Numbered from the stretch's first letter, positions 28,248 to 37,662 are shown. The stretch: 50,879 nucleotides of DNA from an uncultured Bacteroides sp. (GCA_964527875.1 CAZGOR010000002.1:1-50879), one strand, 5' to 3'. Program-made: numbers and translations. The notes: generated by a model from the sequence alone, not told the origin.

Positions 28248-29396
28248 CTATGAACGTTTTTTCTGCCGAGGTTTCCCTGTTTTAACATTCTCCTCCTCAG
28301 AATCTGAAGGAATACTGGTTGTGTTATCTGTTCCTTTCTCAGAAAATCCGGACTTATTTTTCTGATCATAATCGATCAGGTCTGGTACTTTGGCTCCTTT
28401 CTTATTGATCTCTATGATCTCTGTCACTCTTTCAACAGGAACGGGAACCAGTTTAGTTACAACCTCTTCGCCGGGTTCAAACCCATACCATATGATCTTC
28501 CGGTATATGTCAGTTTTATGATGATAAGCCGGGCCTTTATCTGTCTCCAGGATAATATTTTTATCAGGAAAATCTTTCTGAGCATCTATATAACAATGTA
28601 CTTCATAATTCAGACAGCATTTGAGTTTTCCACATTGTCCTGCAAGTTTTTGAGGATTCAGTGAGATCTCCTGGTAACGGGCGGCACTCGTTGTGACGGA
28701 GACAAAGTTTGTGATCCAGCTGGCACAACAAAGCTCTCTTCCACATGAACCTATTCCACCAATTCTTCCGGCTTCCTGTCTTACTCCTATCTGTTTCATC
28801 TCAATCCTTATCTTAAACTCATCAGCAAGCACCTTGATCAGTTCCCTGAAGTCAACTCTTTCATCTGCGATATAATAAAAAATTGCCTTGGTTTTATCGC
28901 CCTGGTACTCTACATCTCCTATTTTCATGTCAAGGTTAAGCTTTTCAGCTATTTTCCTTGATTTGATCATTGTATCATGTTCCAGCGAAATAGTCTCCTT
29001 CCATTTTTCTATATCAACTGGTTTGGCTTTCCGGTATATCTTCCTGATATCTTCTGAATCAGGTGAAATATTATATTTCTCCATCTGTTTCAAAACAAGA
29101 TCTCCCGTCAGTGATATGATCCCGATATCATGCCCTGGTGAAGCTTCCACAGCCACAATATCTCCTTCATTTATACGAATCCCGTTCACGTTCCTGAAAA
29201 AACCTTTCCGGGTATTTTTGAACCTGACTTCTGCAATATCATTATATTCTGTGGACTTGGGAGTATTTCCCAACCAGTCGAATGTATCAAGTTTGGAGCA
29301 TCCGCATAGCTTAATAAAAGGTTCCTCAGAAGCCAACCCCCTCGGATCACATTTTCCACTTTCCCTGTATGCCATTTTCTCAAAATTTTTATTCAA
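28248..29396 (-). CDS. ricT: PSP1 domain protein (RicT/YaaT-like)
   Basis: Cys-rich GSCGRELCCASW...CGKLKCCLNYE PSP1 C-terminal signature. Classic holB-yaaT synteny. Confidence 0.85.
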   Translation of the reverse strand: MNKNFEKMAYRESGKCDPRGLASEEPFIKLCGCSKLDTFDWLGNTPKSTEYNDIAEVRFKNTRKGFFRNVNGIRINEGDIVAVEASPGHDIGIISLTGDLVLKQMEKYNISPDSEDIRKIYRKAKPVDIEKWKETISLEHDTMIKSRKIAEKLNLDMKIGDVEYQGDKTKAIFYYIADERVDFRELIKVLADEFKIRIEMKQIGVRQEAGRIGGIGSCGRELCCASWITNFVSVTTSAARYQEISLNPQKLAGQCGKLKCCLNYEVHCYIDAQKDFPDKNIILETDKGPAYHHKTDIYRKIIWYGFEPGEEVVTKLVPVPVERVTEIIEINKKGAKVPDLIDYDQKNKSGFSEKGTDNTTSIPSDSEEENVKTGKPRQKKRS

Positions 29397-29436
29397 TACA
29401 AAATTAAGAAATTAACTCAAACCGGGAACCAGGATT

Positions 29437-29455
29437 GTCCGGTTTGCAACCGGAC
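29437..29455 (+). terminator. 8-bp stem hairpin followed by a T-run on the plus strand
   Basis: GTCCGGTT-TGC-AACCGGAC then TTTTCTC. It lies between holB and the PSP1 gene, both on the minus strand, so a terminator role is uncertain. Confidence 0.35.
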
Positions 29456-29480
29456 TTTTCTCATGTATCCCCTTAATTCG

Positions 29481-29507
29481 TTAGTCCGGATGACATCCGG
29501 ACTAACT
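29481..29507. repeat. perfect 27-bp palindrome sharing the CCGGATG..CATCCGG core with 14657-14696
   Basis: GTTAGTCCGGATG-A-CATCCGGACTAAC. Confidence 0.9.
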
Positions 29508-29554
29508 TTATTGGATTTGAATATAAAGGAAATCATGTGAAAGTGTGAATTTTA

Positions 29555-29631
29555 CTCTGTGGGCCTCAGTTAACTCTGTGCTCTCTGTGGTTAATCACAC
29601 ACATCGCTCTAACCCACACTAACCGGGAACC
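29555..29631. repeat. solo arm of the CTCTGTG/GTGGTTAA word repeat plus a CACAC/AACC low-complexity tail
   Basis: CTCTGTGGGCCTCAGTTAACTCTGTGCTCTCTGTGGTTAA resembles the right arm at 7718-7763. It is followed by TCACACACATCGCTCTAACCCACACTAACCGGGAACC. Confidence 0.7.
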
Positions 29632-29632
29632 G

Positions 29633-30760
29633 TTATCTCCGGATTTGTTTTACCAGTTTCAGGACAAGATCCATAAAAACAATCCTGGCATTGGCATTGG
29701 CTTCGATATGCAGGCAGGCTTTGTTCAGTTCGTCTGTAACTTCAGCAGCATTATCGTGGTTTATAAATGATGAAAATTTTTCGGAGAACACCAGTTCATC
29801 AGTAGACAATCTTACCATATCCCGGTTTTCCATATTCAGTAAATAATTTCCATGGATCAACCTCAATGCATAAATCAGGAAATTTTTTTGCTTCTCGCGG
29901 CCAATAGCAGAAATATCTTCCACCCATTTATAAATTCCTGTCATGTTTCTGCTATAAGCCAGTCTCATTAACTGGACAAACCGCTCAAAATTGAGCTTTG
30001 TTTCCTCACTTCTTTCAACATATTCAATTGCCCTTATGAAGCTTCCATCTGCCAGCCTTGCCGCATTCCTCAATTCTTCATCAGACTGATTATATTTCTT
30101 CTTGAGCGCATTAAACAACGATTCTTCATCAACCCCGGGAATTTTTATGATCTGCGTTCTGGATAAAATTGTTGGCAGAAAATTTTCAGTACTATCTGCA
30201 ACCAGAAGAAAAACAGTATTCCCCTGTGGTTCTTCCAGGATCTTAAGCAATTTATTAGCCGCCGCAGGATGCATCTTATCCGGCATCCATATGATCATGA
30301 CCTTGTATTCCGATTCAAATGCCTTCATACTCAGCTTCCTTACGACCTCTTTGCTTTCATTTACACTTATGAATCCCTGTTTGTTCTCAATACCAATATT
30401 TTCATACCACTGAAAAAGGGTCAGGTAAGGATTCTTAAGGACAATATCTCTCCATTCATTTATGAAATCATCACTTACAGGATCTTGTGTAATTTCTTTT
30501 GTTTTGTTTACCGGGAACAAAAAATGCAAGTCTGGATGTATCAATTTTTTATATTTCACACATGATGTACATGCACCGCATGAATCATTTTCATTCCTGT
30601 CCAGGCATGAGATATATTGAGCATATGCCAGTGCCAGTGCCAGATTCCCTGATCCTTCCGGACCCAGGAATAGCTGGGCGTGACTGATACGGTTTTCCTT
30701 TACCGTCGCGATCAGTTTCTGCTTGATCTCATGATGCCCTATAACTTCTTTAAATAACAT
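29633..30760 (-). CDS. holB: DNA polymerase III subunit delta'
   Basis: 375 aa. HAQLFLGPEGSGNLALALAYAQYISC and a zinc-module-like CGACTSC. Confidence 0.88.
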   Translation of the reverse strand: MLFKEVIGHHEIKQKLIATVKENRISHAQLFLGPEGSGNLALALAYAQYISCLDRNENDSCGACTSCVKYKKLIHPDLHFLFPVNKTKEITQDPVSDDFINEWRDIVLKNPYLTLFQWYENIGIENKQGFISVNESKEVVRKLSMKAFESEYKVMIIWMPDKMHPAAANKLLKILEEPQGNTVFLLVADSTENFLPTILSRTQIIKIPGVDEESLFNALKKKYNQSDEELRNAARLADGSFIRAIEYVERSEETKLNFERFVQLMRLAYSRNMTGIYKWVEDISAIGREKQKNFLIYALRLIHGNYLLNMENRDMVRLSTDELVFSEKFSSFINHDNAAEVTDELNKACLHIEANANARIVFMDLVLKLVKQIRR

Positions 30761-30846
30761 GAATTTTTATTTACAAAAGAACAAAAGTAAAATTAAAATA
30801 CTTTATATAACTTTGATGAACTTTAAACCAATACAACCAAACAAAA

Positions 30847-32037
30847 ATGTATACACTTGATAATTACGATTTTACAGGAAAAAAAGTAATCATGAGGGTA
30901 GATTTCAATGTTCCGCTCAACGATAAATTTGAGGTAACTGATGATACAAGAATCAGAGCTGCTCTTCCTTCAATTAGGAAGATCCTTGAAAAAGGCGGTG
31001 CCCTGATCCTGATGTCTCATCTCGGCAGACCGAAAGAAGGGCCTGAAAATAAATTTTCCCTTAAACACGTTGTCCCCAAGCTCTCTGAACTACTTGGTAA
31101 ACCGGTAAAATTTGCCGATGACTGCATTGGGGATAAAATCCTGGAAATGAAGAAAAATCTGCAGCCAGGGGAAGTTCTGCTTCTTGAAAATCTCCGGTTC
31201 CATAAAGAAGAGCAAAAAGGTGATGAAGACTTCTCCGGAAAACTTGCTGAAGGTACCGATGTTTATGTCAACGATGCTTTTGGTACTGCTCACCGGGCAC
31301 ATGCCTCGACGACGATCGTGGCCAAATTTTTCCCAAATGACAGTATGTTTGGGTATCTGATCAAAAGTGAACTGGAAAGTATGGATAAGGTTCTTCATCA
31401 ATCCGAGAAACCTTTTACTGCTGTGATGGGAGGTGCCAAGGTGTCGGATAAAATCCTTCTCATCGAAAACCTCCTTGAAAAAGTAGATAATCTGATTATC
31501 GGGGGAGGTATGACATATACTTTCATCAGGGCTCAGGGTGTCAAAACAGGAGCATCACTCTGTGAAGAGGATAAGCTTGATCTTGCTCTCGAGCTGATCA
31601 AAAAAGCCGGAGAAAAGGGTGTAAACCTCCTGCTGCCTGTCGACAATATTGCTGCGGATAAATTTGAAAACAATGCAAATACCCGGATCACGAAATCCGA
31701 TGAGATCCCTGACGGCTGGATGGGACTCGATATCGGTCCCGAGACCATCAAGACATTCTCCCATGTGATCGAAAAATCCAAAATCATTCTCTGGAATGGG
31801 CCCATGGGTGTTTTCGAAATGGAGAATTTCCAGAACGGTACAGTGAGCATTGCAAAAGCCATTGCAAAAGCAACTGAAGCAGGTGCATTCAGCCTTGTGG
31901 GAGGAGGTGATTCCGTGGCTGCCGTGAACAAATACGATCTTGCCGATAAAGTTAGCTATGTCTCTACGGGCGGAGGTGCCATGCTTGAATACATGGAAGG
32001 CAAAGAACTGCCGGGAATAAAAGCCATCAGAGGATAA
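30847..32037 (+). CDS. pgk: phosphoglycerate kinase
   Basis: 396 aa. [22 protein letters not shown]. Confidence 0.97.
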   Translation: MYTLDNYDFTGKKVIMRVDFNVPLNDKFEVTDDTRIRAALPSIRKILEKGGALILMSHLGRPKEGPENKFSLKHVVPKLSELLGKPVKFADDCIGDKILEMKKNLQPGEVLLLENLRFHKEEQKGDEDFSGKLAEGTDVYVNDAFGTAHRAHASTTIVAKFFPNDSMFGYLIKSELESMDKVLHQSEKPFTAVMGGAKVSDKILLIENLLEKVDNLIIGGGMTYTFIRAQGVKTGASLCEEDKLDLALELIKKAGEKGVNLLLPVDNIAADKFENNANTRITKSDEIPDGWMGLDIGPETIKTFSHVIEKSKIILWNGPMGVFEMENFQNGTVSIAKAIAKATEAGAFSLVGGGDSVAAVNKYDLADKVSYVSTGGGAMLEYMEGKELPGIKAIRG

Positions 32038-32118
32038 AAGATTCTGATCCCAAACTTGCAGGCTGTCCTGAATATCAACGAGAAGACTTTAAAAGTTTTT
32101 TTATCAATTCCGTTAATC

Positions 32119-33105
32119 ATGTTTGATCTCCTGAAGGAAAGGATATTTAAAATAAATAATGACAGGGAATTTAATTTGCTGGCACTGGATATTTTCAGAT
32201 ACCAGGCAGTCTCAAATAAAACGTACCACGAATACCTTGGCCAGCTGGGTGTGAATCCCTATATCATTAAAAGTTTAAAAGAAATCCCCTTTCTTCCCAT
32301 TGATTTATTCAAATACCATAAGATCGTAACAGGAGAAGAAAATGCCGGGATCATCTTTGAAAGCAGTGGAACTACTTCGGGAGATAAGAGCAAACACCAT
32401 ATTATTGATCCCCAATTATACATCAACAGTCTTACAAAATGTTTCAGATTGTTCTATGGCGATCCTAAAGATTATTGTATACTTGCACTCCTTCCTTCCT
32501 ATCCGGAACGTTCCGAATCGTCACTCTTATTTATGGTTGAGCATTTGATAAAGCTTACAAATTACTCAGAAAGTGGTTTTTACCTGCATAATATTGAAGA
32601 ACTTGCTGAGAAGCTTGCACAACTTGAAAGAAAAAAACAAAAGACCATCCTCCTGGGAGTTAGTTTTGCATTACTCGACCTTGCCGAAAAATATCCTGTA
32701 ACGCTGAAAAATATTATCATCATTGAAACAGGAGGTATGAAGGGGCACCGGGAAGAAATAACACGTGAAGAACTTCACCAGATCCTGAAAAAAGCCTTCA
32801 GTGTAAAAGAAATTCATTCTGAATATGGCATGACAGAATTACTCAGCCAGGCATGGTCAAAAAAGGATGGCATATTCAAAACACCTCCGTGGATGAAGAT
32901 CATGATCCGTGACGCTTATGATCCTTTTTCTTATGTGTCTGAAGGAATATCCGGGGGTATCAATGTTATTGATCTGGCCAATATCCATTCATGCTCATTC
33001 ATTTCCACCCAAGATATCGGTAAACTGCATTCTGATGGCAGTTTTGAAGTACTGGGAAGATTTGATATCAGTGATATCCGCGGGTGCAACCTGATGGTGG
33101 GATAG
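32119..33105 (+). CDS. LuxE/PaaK-like acyl-adenylate-forming enzyme (acyl-protein synthetase family)
   Basis: SSGTTSGDKSKH AMP-binding-like P-loop, ETGGMKG, YGMTEL. I prefer the ATG at 32119 over the TTG at 32056. Confidence 0.7.
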   Translation: MFDLLKERIFKINNDREFNLLALDIFRYQAVSNKTYHEYLGQLGVNPYIIKSLKEIPFLPIDLFKYHKIVTGEENAGIIFESSGTTSGDKSKHHIIDPQLYINSLTKCFRLFYGDPKDYCILALLPSYPERSESSLLFMVEHLIKLTNYSESGFYLHNIEELAEKLAQLERKKQKTILLGVSFALLDLAEKYPVTLKNIIIIETGGMKGHREEITREELHQILKKAFSVKEIHSEYGMTELLSQAWSKKDGIFKTPPWMKIMIRDAYDPFSYVSEGISGGINVIDLANIHSCSFISTQDIGKLHSDGSFEVLGRFDISDIRGCNLMVG

Positions 33106-33134
33106 TCTTCCATTGCACTCACCGGGCTTCGTAT

Positions 33135-33167
33135 ACTCACCGGGTGACTGACAGTCACCCGGTGAGT
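33135..33167 (+). terminator. 16-bp perfect stem hairpin downstream of the LuxE-like gene
   Basis: ACTCACCGGGTGACTG-A-CAGTCACCCGGTGAGT. No clear U-tract follows. Confidence 0.45.
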
Positions 33168-33565
33168 CATATCGCGGCCGTTGAGATTCTCTTTGTAACC
33201 AATTGATAAAGCATATAAGCTATCCAACAACAGGACGATCATTTTCAAAATCCCCTGAAGCAATTATCAAAATACAAATCCAGTCTGAATCTGAATGTTT
33301 CTATCCCTTTATGACAGAAAATCGAATTTATCGTACCTTGTTTGGATTTTTTTTAAGATTATTACAATAGCTTGTGTAAATGGCAGTGACTATTTCAGGA
33401 ATTTAAAAGCTAAAAAGACCTTTACCTCTTAAGTCTTAATAAGTCTTAATATCATTATAATAAACAAAACCCGGCCTTACAGCCAAGTTCTTTTTTTTAC
33501 CTGTTCAGGCAACAGTTTAATAATAAATTACTTTAGGAATAATTGAAATTATTCACTTAGACTTA

Positions 33566-33934
33566 TTAGAAATGAAAGATCATCAATATTAAAGATCCAA
33601 AAACAAATAAACCAGATATTATATAACTAATTAAAATAGTTCTTCTACTTACATTTGCGTATTTCTTTTGTATTTTGACTAAATAATTAAACCTATATAG
33701 AATTATTATTTGAAATAAAAATATTAATAGACCTAATAGAAAAAAATGAAACTGTGAATAATTAAAATCAACATTTACTATGATTATTCTAATTAATTTA
33801 TCTATATCAAATAATAATAGAATTGTTATCCAAAGGATAGTACTTAATTGCGGGATAATATCAAACTTTTCCTTTTTTGTTTTAAAATGGCTATAAATAC
33901 CATAATATATATTATCATAAAGATTTGGCATCAT
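33566..33934 (-). CDS. small 3-TM membrane protein, putative immunity protein for the upstream Rhs-tip toxin
   Basis: 122 aa. The ATG is 3 nt after the toxin stop. There are three hydrophobic spans (LSTILWITILLLF, FHFFLLGLLIFLFQIIILY, ILISYIISGLFVFGSLILMIF). The DNA is conspicuously more A+T-rich than its neighbours. Confidence 0.6.
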   Translation of the reverse strand: MMPNLYDNIYYGIYSHFKTKKEKFDIIPQLSTILWITILLLFDIDKLIRIIIVNVDFNYSQFHFFLLGLLIFLFQIIILYRFNYLVKIQKKYANVSRRTILISYIISGLFVFGSLILMIFHF

Positions 33935-33937
33935 ATA

Positions 33938-34855
33938 CTATTTTTCAAATCTCTTATAATATTTGTCATTAGCCCCTTCAATATCCCTGATAGAATAATA
34001 TGTTCCAAAAACAAAGTACCATCTTATTTTGTTTGTTAAGTATGTATTCAATAATTGACCGTAAAATCTTGCTTCATTTGCTCTCGTTGGATTTTCTTGC
34101 CAATCCCAGTATGTATCAAGTAATACAACCGTTGAGAGTATTGTACTGCCTGCTTTTGCACCAATAAGTATAATAGGTAAATCTGCCGAGGCAGCAGCAG
34201 CTAATACTGAAAAACCCACTGATGCACCTATCAAACCTTCTATATCACTTTTACTCAAATTATACCAACGGTTAACGTCATTTTTCTTCTTCGGATCCCC
34301 ATCAAACATCATCCCGTATCCTGAACCATACTCACCAAGGGATGATGAATTTGCCAACAGATCATAAAATCCTGTCCAATAATCTTCTACAAATGCCTCT
34401 ATACCGGCAATACCTCCTGACAGGGCAGATTCCAGGATTCCGCCAAGGTAATAGGAACTTCCGGTATAGATAGTAATATCTTTTGCGATATCACTCCATC
34501 TGTAATATTTACCATCAACACCTTGTACATACAAATCCCCAAAGCCTGATCCGGGATCTGGAAAATTCCCGGGGTAATATCTGCCAAAGTTATTCCTCCC
34601 AAATCCAAACGGAGGTTCCAGATCATCTCCCTGGAAGGGCCAATCTGAAGCGGGATTACCACCCCCACCTGATTCCCTGGGATTTTTTGCTCTATACAGA
34701 CCGTAGGGGTCAAAAAAGTTAACAGGATTGTTTGCCACATAGTTATACGGGCTCAGGTCGGAGTCTGTTTCGGAGAGGGGGTCCTGCACGTGCCAACGTC
34801 CAAGAGCTGGGTCATAGAACCGGGCGCCGTAATCATACCAATTCAAAAAAATCAA
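33938..34855 (-). CDS. orphan Rhs repeat-associated core tip fused to an uncharacterised C-terminal (toxin-like) domain
   Basis: It opens (TTG, with an in-frame TAA just upstream) at WYDYGARFYDPALGRWHVQDPL...SPYNYVANNPVNFFDPYGL, the conserved end of the Rhs/YD core including DPxGL. About 250 aa with no motif I recognise follow. No YD-repeat shell lies upstream. Confidence 0.75.
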   Translation of the reverse strand: MIFLNWYDYGARFYDPALGRWHVQDPLSETDSDLSPYNYVANNPVNFFDPYGLYRAKNPRESGGGGNPASDWPFQGDDLEPPFGFGRNNFGRYYPGNFPDPGSGFGDLYVQGVDGKYYRWSDIAKDITIYTGSSYYLGGILESALSGGIAGIEAFVEDYWTGFYDLLANSSSLGEYGSGYGMMFDGDPKKKNDVNRWYNLSKSDIEGLIGASVGFSVLAAAASADLPIILIGAKAGSTILSTVVLLDTYWDWQENPTRANEARFYGQLLNTYLTNKIRWYFVFGTYYSIRDIEGANDKYYKRFEK

Positions 34856-34879
34856 AGAACGTCTGATAGATTATTATGA

Positions 34880-36010
34880 TTATAATCCTAACTTTTCCCT
34901 GATTTTTTCCGGTATTGCATCCTTATGCAGCATGATCGCAATTGTGTGAAGCCGTACATAAGGTATCGACATATAAAGCTTTCCACCCATCTCGTTGCTT
35001 TCCTCTCCCCAAGAATTTTTTGTCAGATAAAATCTCTTGCCGTTCTGATCAACCACCGTTCCCACAATATGCATCAGGTGATCGTCTGTGGTAGAGTAAT
35101 TCTCAAAACTCTCCTGCCTGATTTCCTGTGTAATCACCTTTTCCTTTACCGGGGATTTTGATTCCTCTTCAGGAATACTTTCCTCTTCCGGTACGATGGC
35201 TACACCATTTGTATGGGAAAAACTTTCCTCCGATATATCGCCATCCCAGCAAACTGTATATCTATTATTGAGAGCATAATCCATAACCTCTAATAACTCA
35301 TCGATGGGCAGATTATAATACTCGTCAAACGACCAGTTATCAGGAACCTCGAGTGCAAACGCAGAATAGAAAGGAGCATGAGAATAAGAAGTTATTTCTA
35401 TGTAATCTTCCGGATCGAATCCCATTGATCCGGCAAATTCAAAAGGGGTATAAGATTCTTCTTTATAATTAAATGATTCAATATCATCACCCAGATAAAC
35501 ATCCAGGATTGCCTCATACGCTTTTCCCCAGACCGGACTGAGTTGTCTGTTCTTCAACAATCCGTCAAGAAATCCTTTCAGCACCGAAAAGAGTTCACTA
35601 TGATTATGTGTATCCGACCCATAATTCAATCCCGGGTATACCTCATCAGGGACAAATCCATGTTCCTTTACAACATTGATAACATCATGTGCCTGGCCAC
35701 CCTGGCCAAAATTTGTCTTCCCGTGAAACCTGACATAATTTTCTGCTTTTTGTATATACGCATAACGTACAAAATACATCTCCGATAAATCCATAGACTC
35801 TTCGCCCATCCGGATCAGCTCCGATTCAATAAACGAAGTTGTGGCAAAACTCCAGCATGTGCCAGTTCTTTGCTGGCTCTTTACTGAAGTGTTTTTTATC
35901 TCATCTACTTTACTGAATTTATAGCCGGAAGGATCCTGGGCTGAAAGGTAAATAATGCCGGAAAAAAGAAAAATTGAAATGATAATAATAAAATAAATTT
36001 TTGATTTCAT
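34880..36010 (-). CDS. secreted C1 (papain-like; PepC/bleomycin-hydrolase-related) cysteine peptidase
   Basis: 376 aa. Signal peptide, QQRTGTCWSFATTSF catalytic Cys context, and a later DDHLMHIVG His context. Confidence 0.8.
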   Translation of the reverse strand: MKSKIYFIIIISIFLFSGIIYLSAQDPSGYKFSKVDEIKNTSVKSQQRTGTCWSFATTSFIESELIRMGEESMDLSEMYFVRYAYIQKAENYVRFHGKTNFGQGGQAHDVINVVKEHGFVPDEVYPGLNYGSDTHNHSELFSVLKGFLDGLLKNRQLSPVWGKAYEAILDVYLGDDIESFNYKEESYTPFEFAGSMGFDPEDYIEITSYSHAPFYSAFALEVPDNWSFDEYYNLPIDELLEVMDYALNNRYTVCWDGDISEESFSHTNGVAIVPEEESIPEEESKSPVKEKVITQEIRQESFENYSTTDDHLMHIVGTVVDQNGKRFYLTKNSWGEESNEMGGKLYMSIPYVRLHTIAIMLHKDAIPEKIREKLGL

Positions 36011-36061
36011 GATGTGAGAAAATGTTTGTTATAAATAAAAATAAAGATAATACATGATAAT

Positions 36062-36662
36062 TTAAAACCAAATACCATACTTCCGGGTCCAGCCGTAGTT
36101 AAACGGTTTCGTTTTACTCATTAAGTTCCTCCTAAATTACTTTAGTTAACTTATTCGTGAAACAGGACAATACAACCCCTTCGCTCCGCTTCCATTACAA
36201 AAGTTTCTTCACTACTACGGGTTGTTCCGACCCTGGGTCCTGCATCGGTACTCTTACTCTTGTGGTTCTTCCACTTGAGTTTCTCCCTTACCATCAGCAC
36301 GACAGGTTCCCAAGTTCCGCACATAAGCCTGTATTAAGTTCATGCCACCTTTATGCCGGATGCCGCATGAGCAGTAAACAGGTGCCCCTCATGCTTATCC
36401 CAGGTTAACGACTCCCCCCTGGTTTTGACATCGTCCATACGCTTTTGACACTTCATCAGTGGTTTACTTTCGTTCATCTCCTTAATACATACCTGATCTC
36501 TTAATCAAGACCTTTTCCATGTCGCTCACTACATCAACTCTTAATTGATGCAGCACAAGGTGGTTTGAAGCCTGTGCCTGTACACCGGCTCCGAGGGGCC
36601 GTCCCTCATCTTATGTGTAGCTCCGCTGAACAGAATGGCTGCTGTTTGCGTTCTTGGCACAC
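36062..36662 (-). mobile_element. group II intron 5' segment (GUGUG start, ribozyme domains I-III, domain IV SD + ATG + 19 codons), 3'-truncated
   Basis: Minus strand: GTGTGCCAAGAACGC... (~540 nt with no ORF, including CCCGTAGTAGTGAAGAAAC, which recalls the D3 CGUAGUAGU segment of Ll.LtrB) ...TAGGAGGAACTTA-ATG-SKTKPFNYGWTRKYGIWF-stop at 36062. A strong SD is atypical for host genes here. Confidence 0.55.
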
Positions 36663-37011
36663 TGTCGTCTGCATACCTCACTAAATAACTCTCCCCAATA
36701 AACTCTGATTTAATCGAAACATACCACTCATCCAACACTTCGTGCAGATAGATATTACTCAGCAACGGTGATATATTGCCCCCTTGTGGCATACCCTTAT
36801 CTGTCTTCCTTAATTGCCCTTCTTCCATCACTCCCGCTTTGAGCCATTTATCTATCTGCCGCTGTATCACTCCATCTCTGACCCCTTTGTCCAAAAATGC
36901 CCGCAGTGTCTCATGCTGATGACTACGCAAAACTCGCTTCCGGCTGTTGGTCAAACTTTGCCGGACAGCATTTGAACCTGTTGGGTTCCTACGAATGGTT
37001 TCAAAAAACTT
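36663..37011 (-). pseudogene. group II intron reverse transcriptase fragment (RT motifs 3-5 only)
   Basis: KFFETI ... IDKWLKAGVMEEGQLRKTDKGMPQGGNISPLLSNIYLHEVLDEW ... YLVRYADD. There is an in-frame TAG just upstream (37012-37014). The frame loses RT similarity right after YADD. The N-terminal RT0-2 and C-terminal RT6-7/X domains are missing. Confidence 0.8.
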
Positions 37012-37095
37012 CTATCCCCCTTTCACGGGTTTTCTTGTCGCAATCACTCATTACCCAAAATCCACACCAACCGAGAACTGAGAACCGAGAACCAT

Positions 37096-37662
37096 TTAAT
37101 CCTTCGCCACTCCACCTGACACAATAAATTTCATTGCCTCGGCAGGCGGAATATTAACCGGCCTGACCAGTTCTTTCGGCACAATGAAAAGCTCTCCTGA
37201 AAAGTTGTAGCTATGTGGAAAATAAACGGCCACTTTTTCTTTCAGATCCAGATCACTCAGGTCCTTCTGTGTAATAAATCCCATCTTCTCAAGATTGGAA
37301 ATGGTGTTAACGATCACCAGCACAGGCTGGTTAAATTTCCTCTCCTTCCCGACAAAGGCCGTCAGCAGGTCTCGGATCGAGGAATAAATCACTTTGACCA
37401 ACGGTGCTTTGGTAATCACCCGCTGAACAAGCATCTTAAATGGCCGCGCAATGATCGTCTGCCCGATCAGACCCAACAATGTAATAAAGACAAAAAGTAC
37501 CACGATGCCTAAACCCGGAATGCTAATATCCAGGAATCTCTCAATCTGCTTCATGATGAATCCATCAATGGCCGTGAAGAGGACATAAATAATATAAACT
37601 GTGATTCCCAAAGGAACAATGTAGATCAGTCCCTGGAAGAAGTAAGACATGATTTTTTTCAT
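37096..37662 (-). CDS. DUF502 family membrane protein
   Basis: 188 aa. Two N-terminal TM helices (GLIYIVPLGITVYIIYVLF; GLGIVVLFVFITLLGLIG) and a PxxKxIYSSIRD-type motif. Confidence 0.75.
   Translation of the reverse strand: MKKIMSYFFQGLIYIVPLGITVYIIYVLFTAIDGFIMKQIERFLDISIPGLGIVVLFVFITLLGLIGQTIIARPFKMLVQRVITKAPLVKVIYSSIRDLLTAFVGKERKFNQPVLVIVNTISNLEKMGFITQKDLSDLDLKEKVAVYFPHSYNFSGELFIVPKELVRPVNIPPAEAMKFIVSGGVAKD

Noticed and set aside
34880-36010. C1 peptidase as a releasing peptidase belonging to the Rhs toxin cassette
   Set aside because: It is a complete stand-alone secreted enzyme with its own signal peptide and is not fused to a toxin. Adjacency alone does not support a functional link, and Rhs tips self-cleave.
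36561-36585. GAGCCGGTGTACAGGCACAGGCTTC as a group II domain V
   Set aside because: It has the AGC...GUU-like ends but is only 25 nt, lacks the bulge and GNRA loop, and pairs poorly in the middle. It is mentioned only as an alternative reading of the relic.
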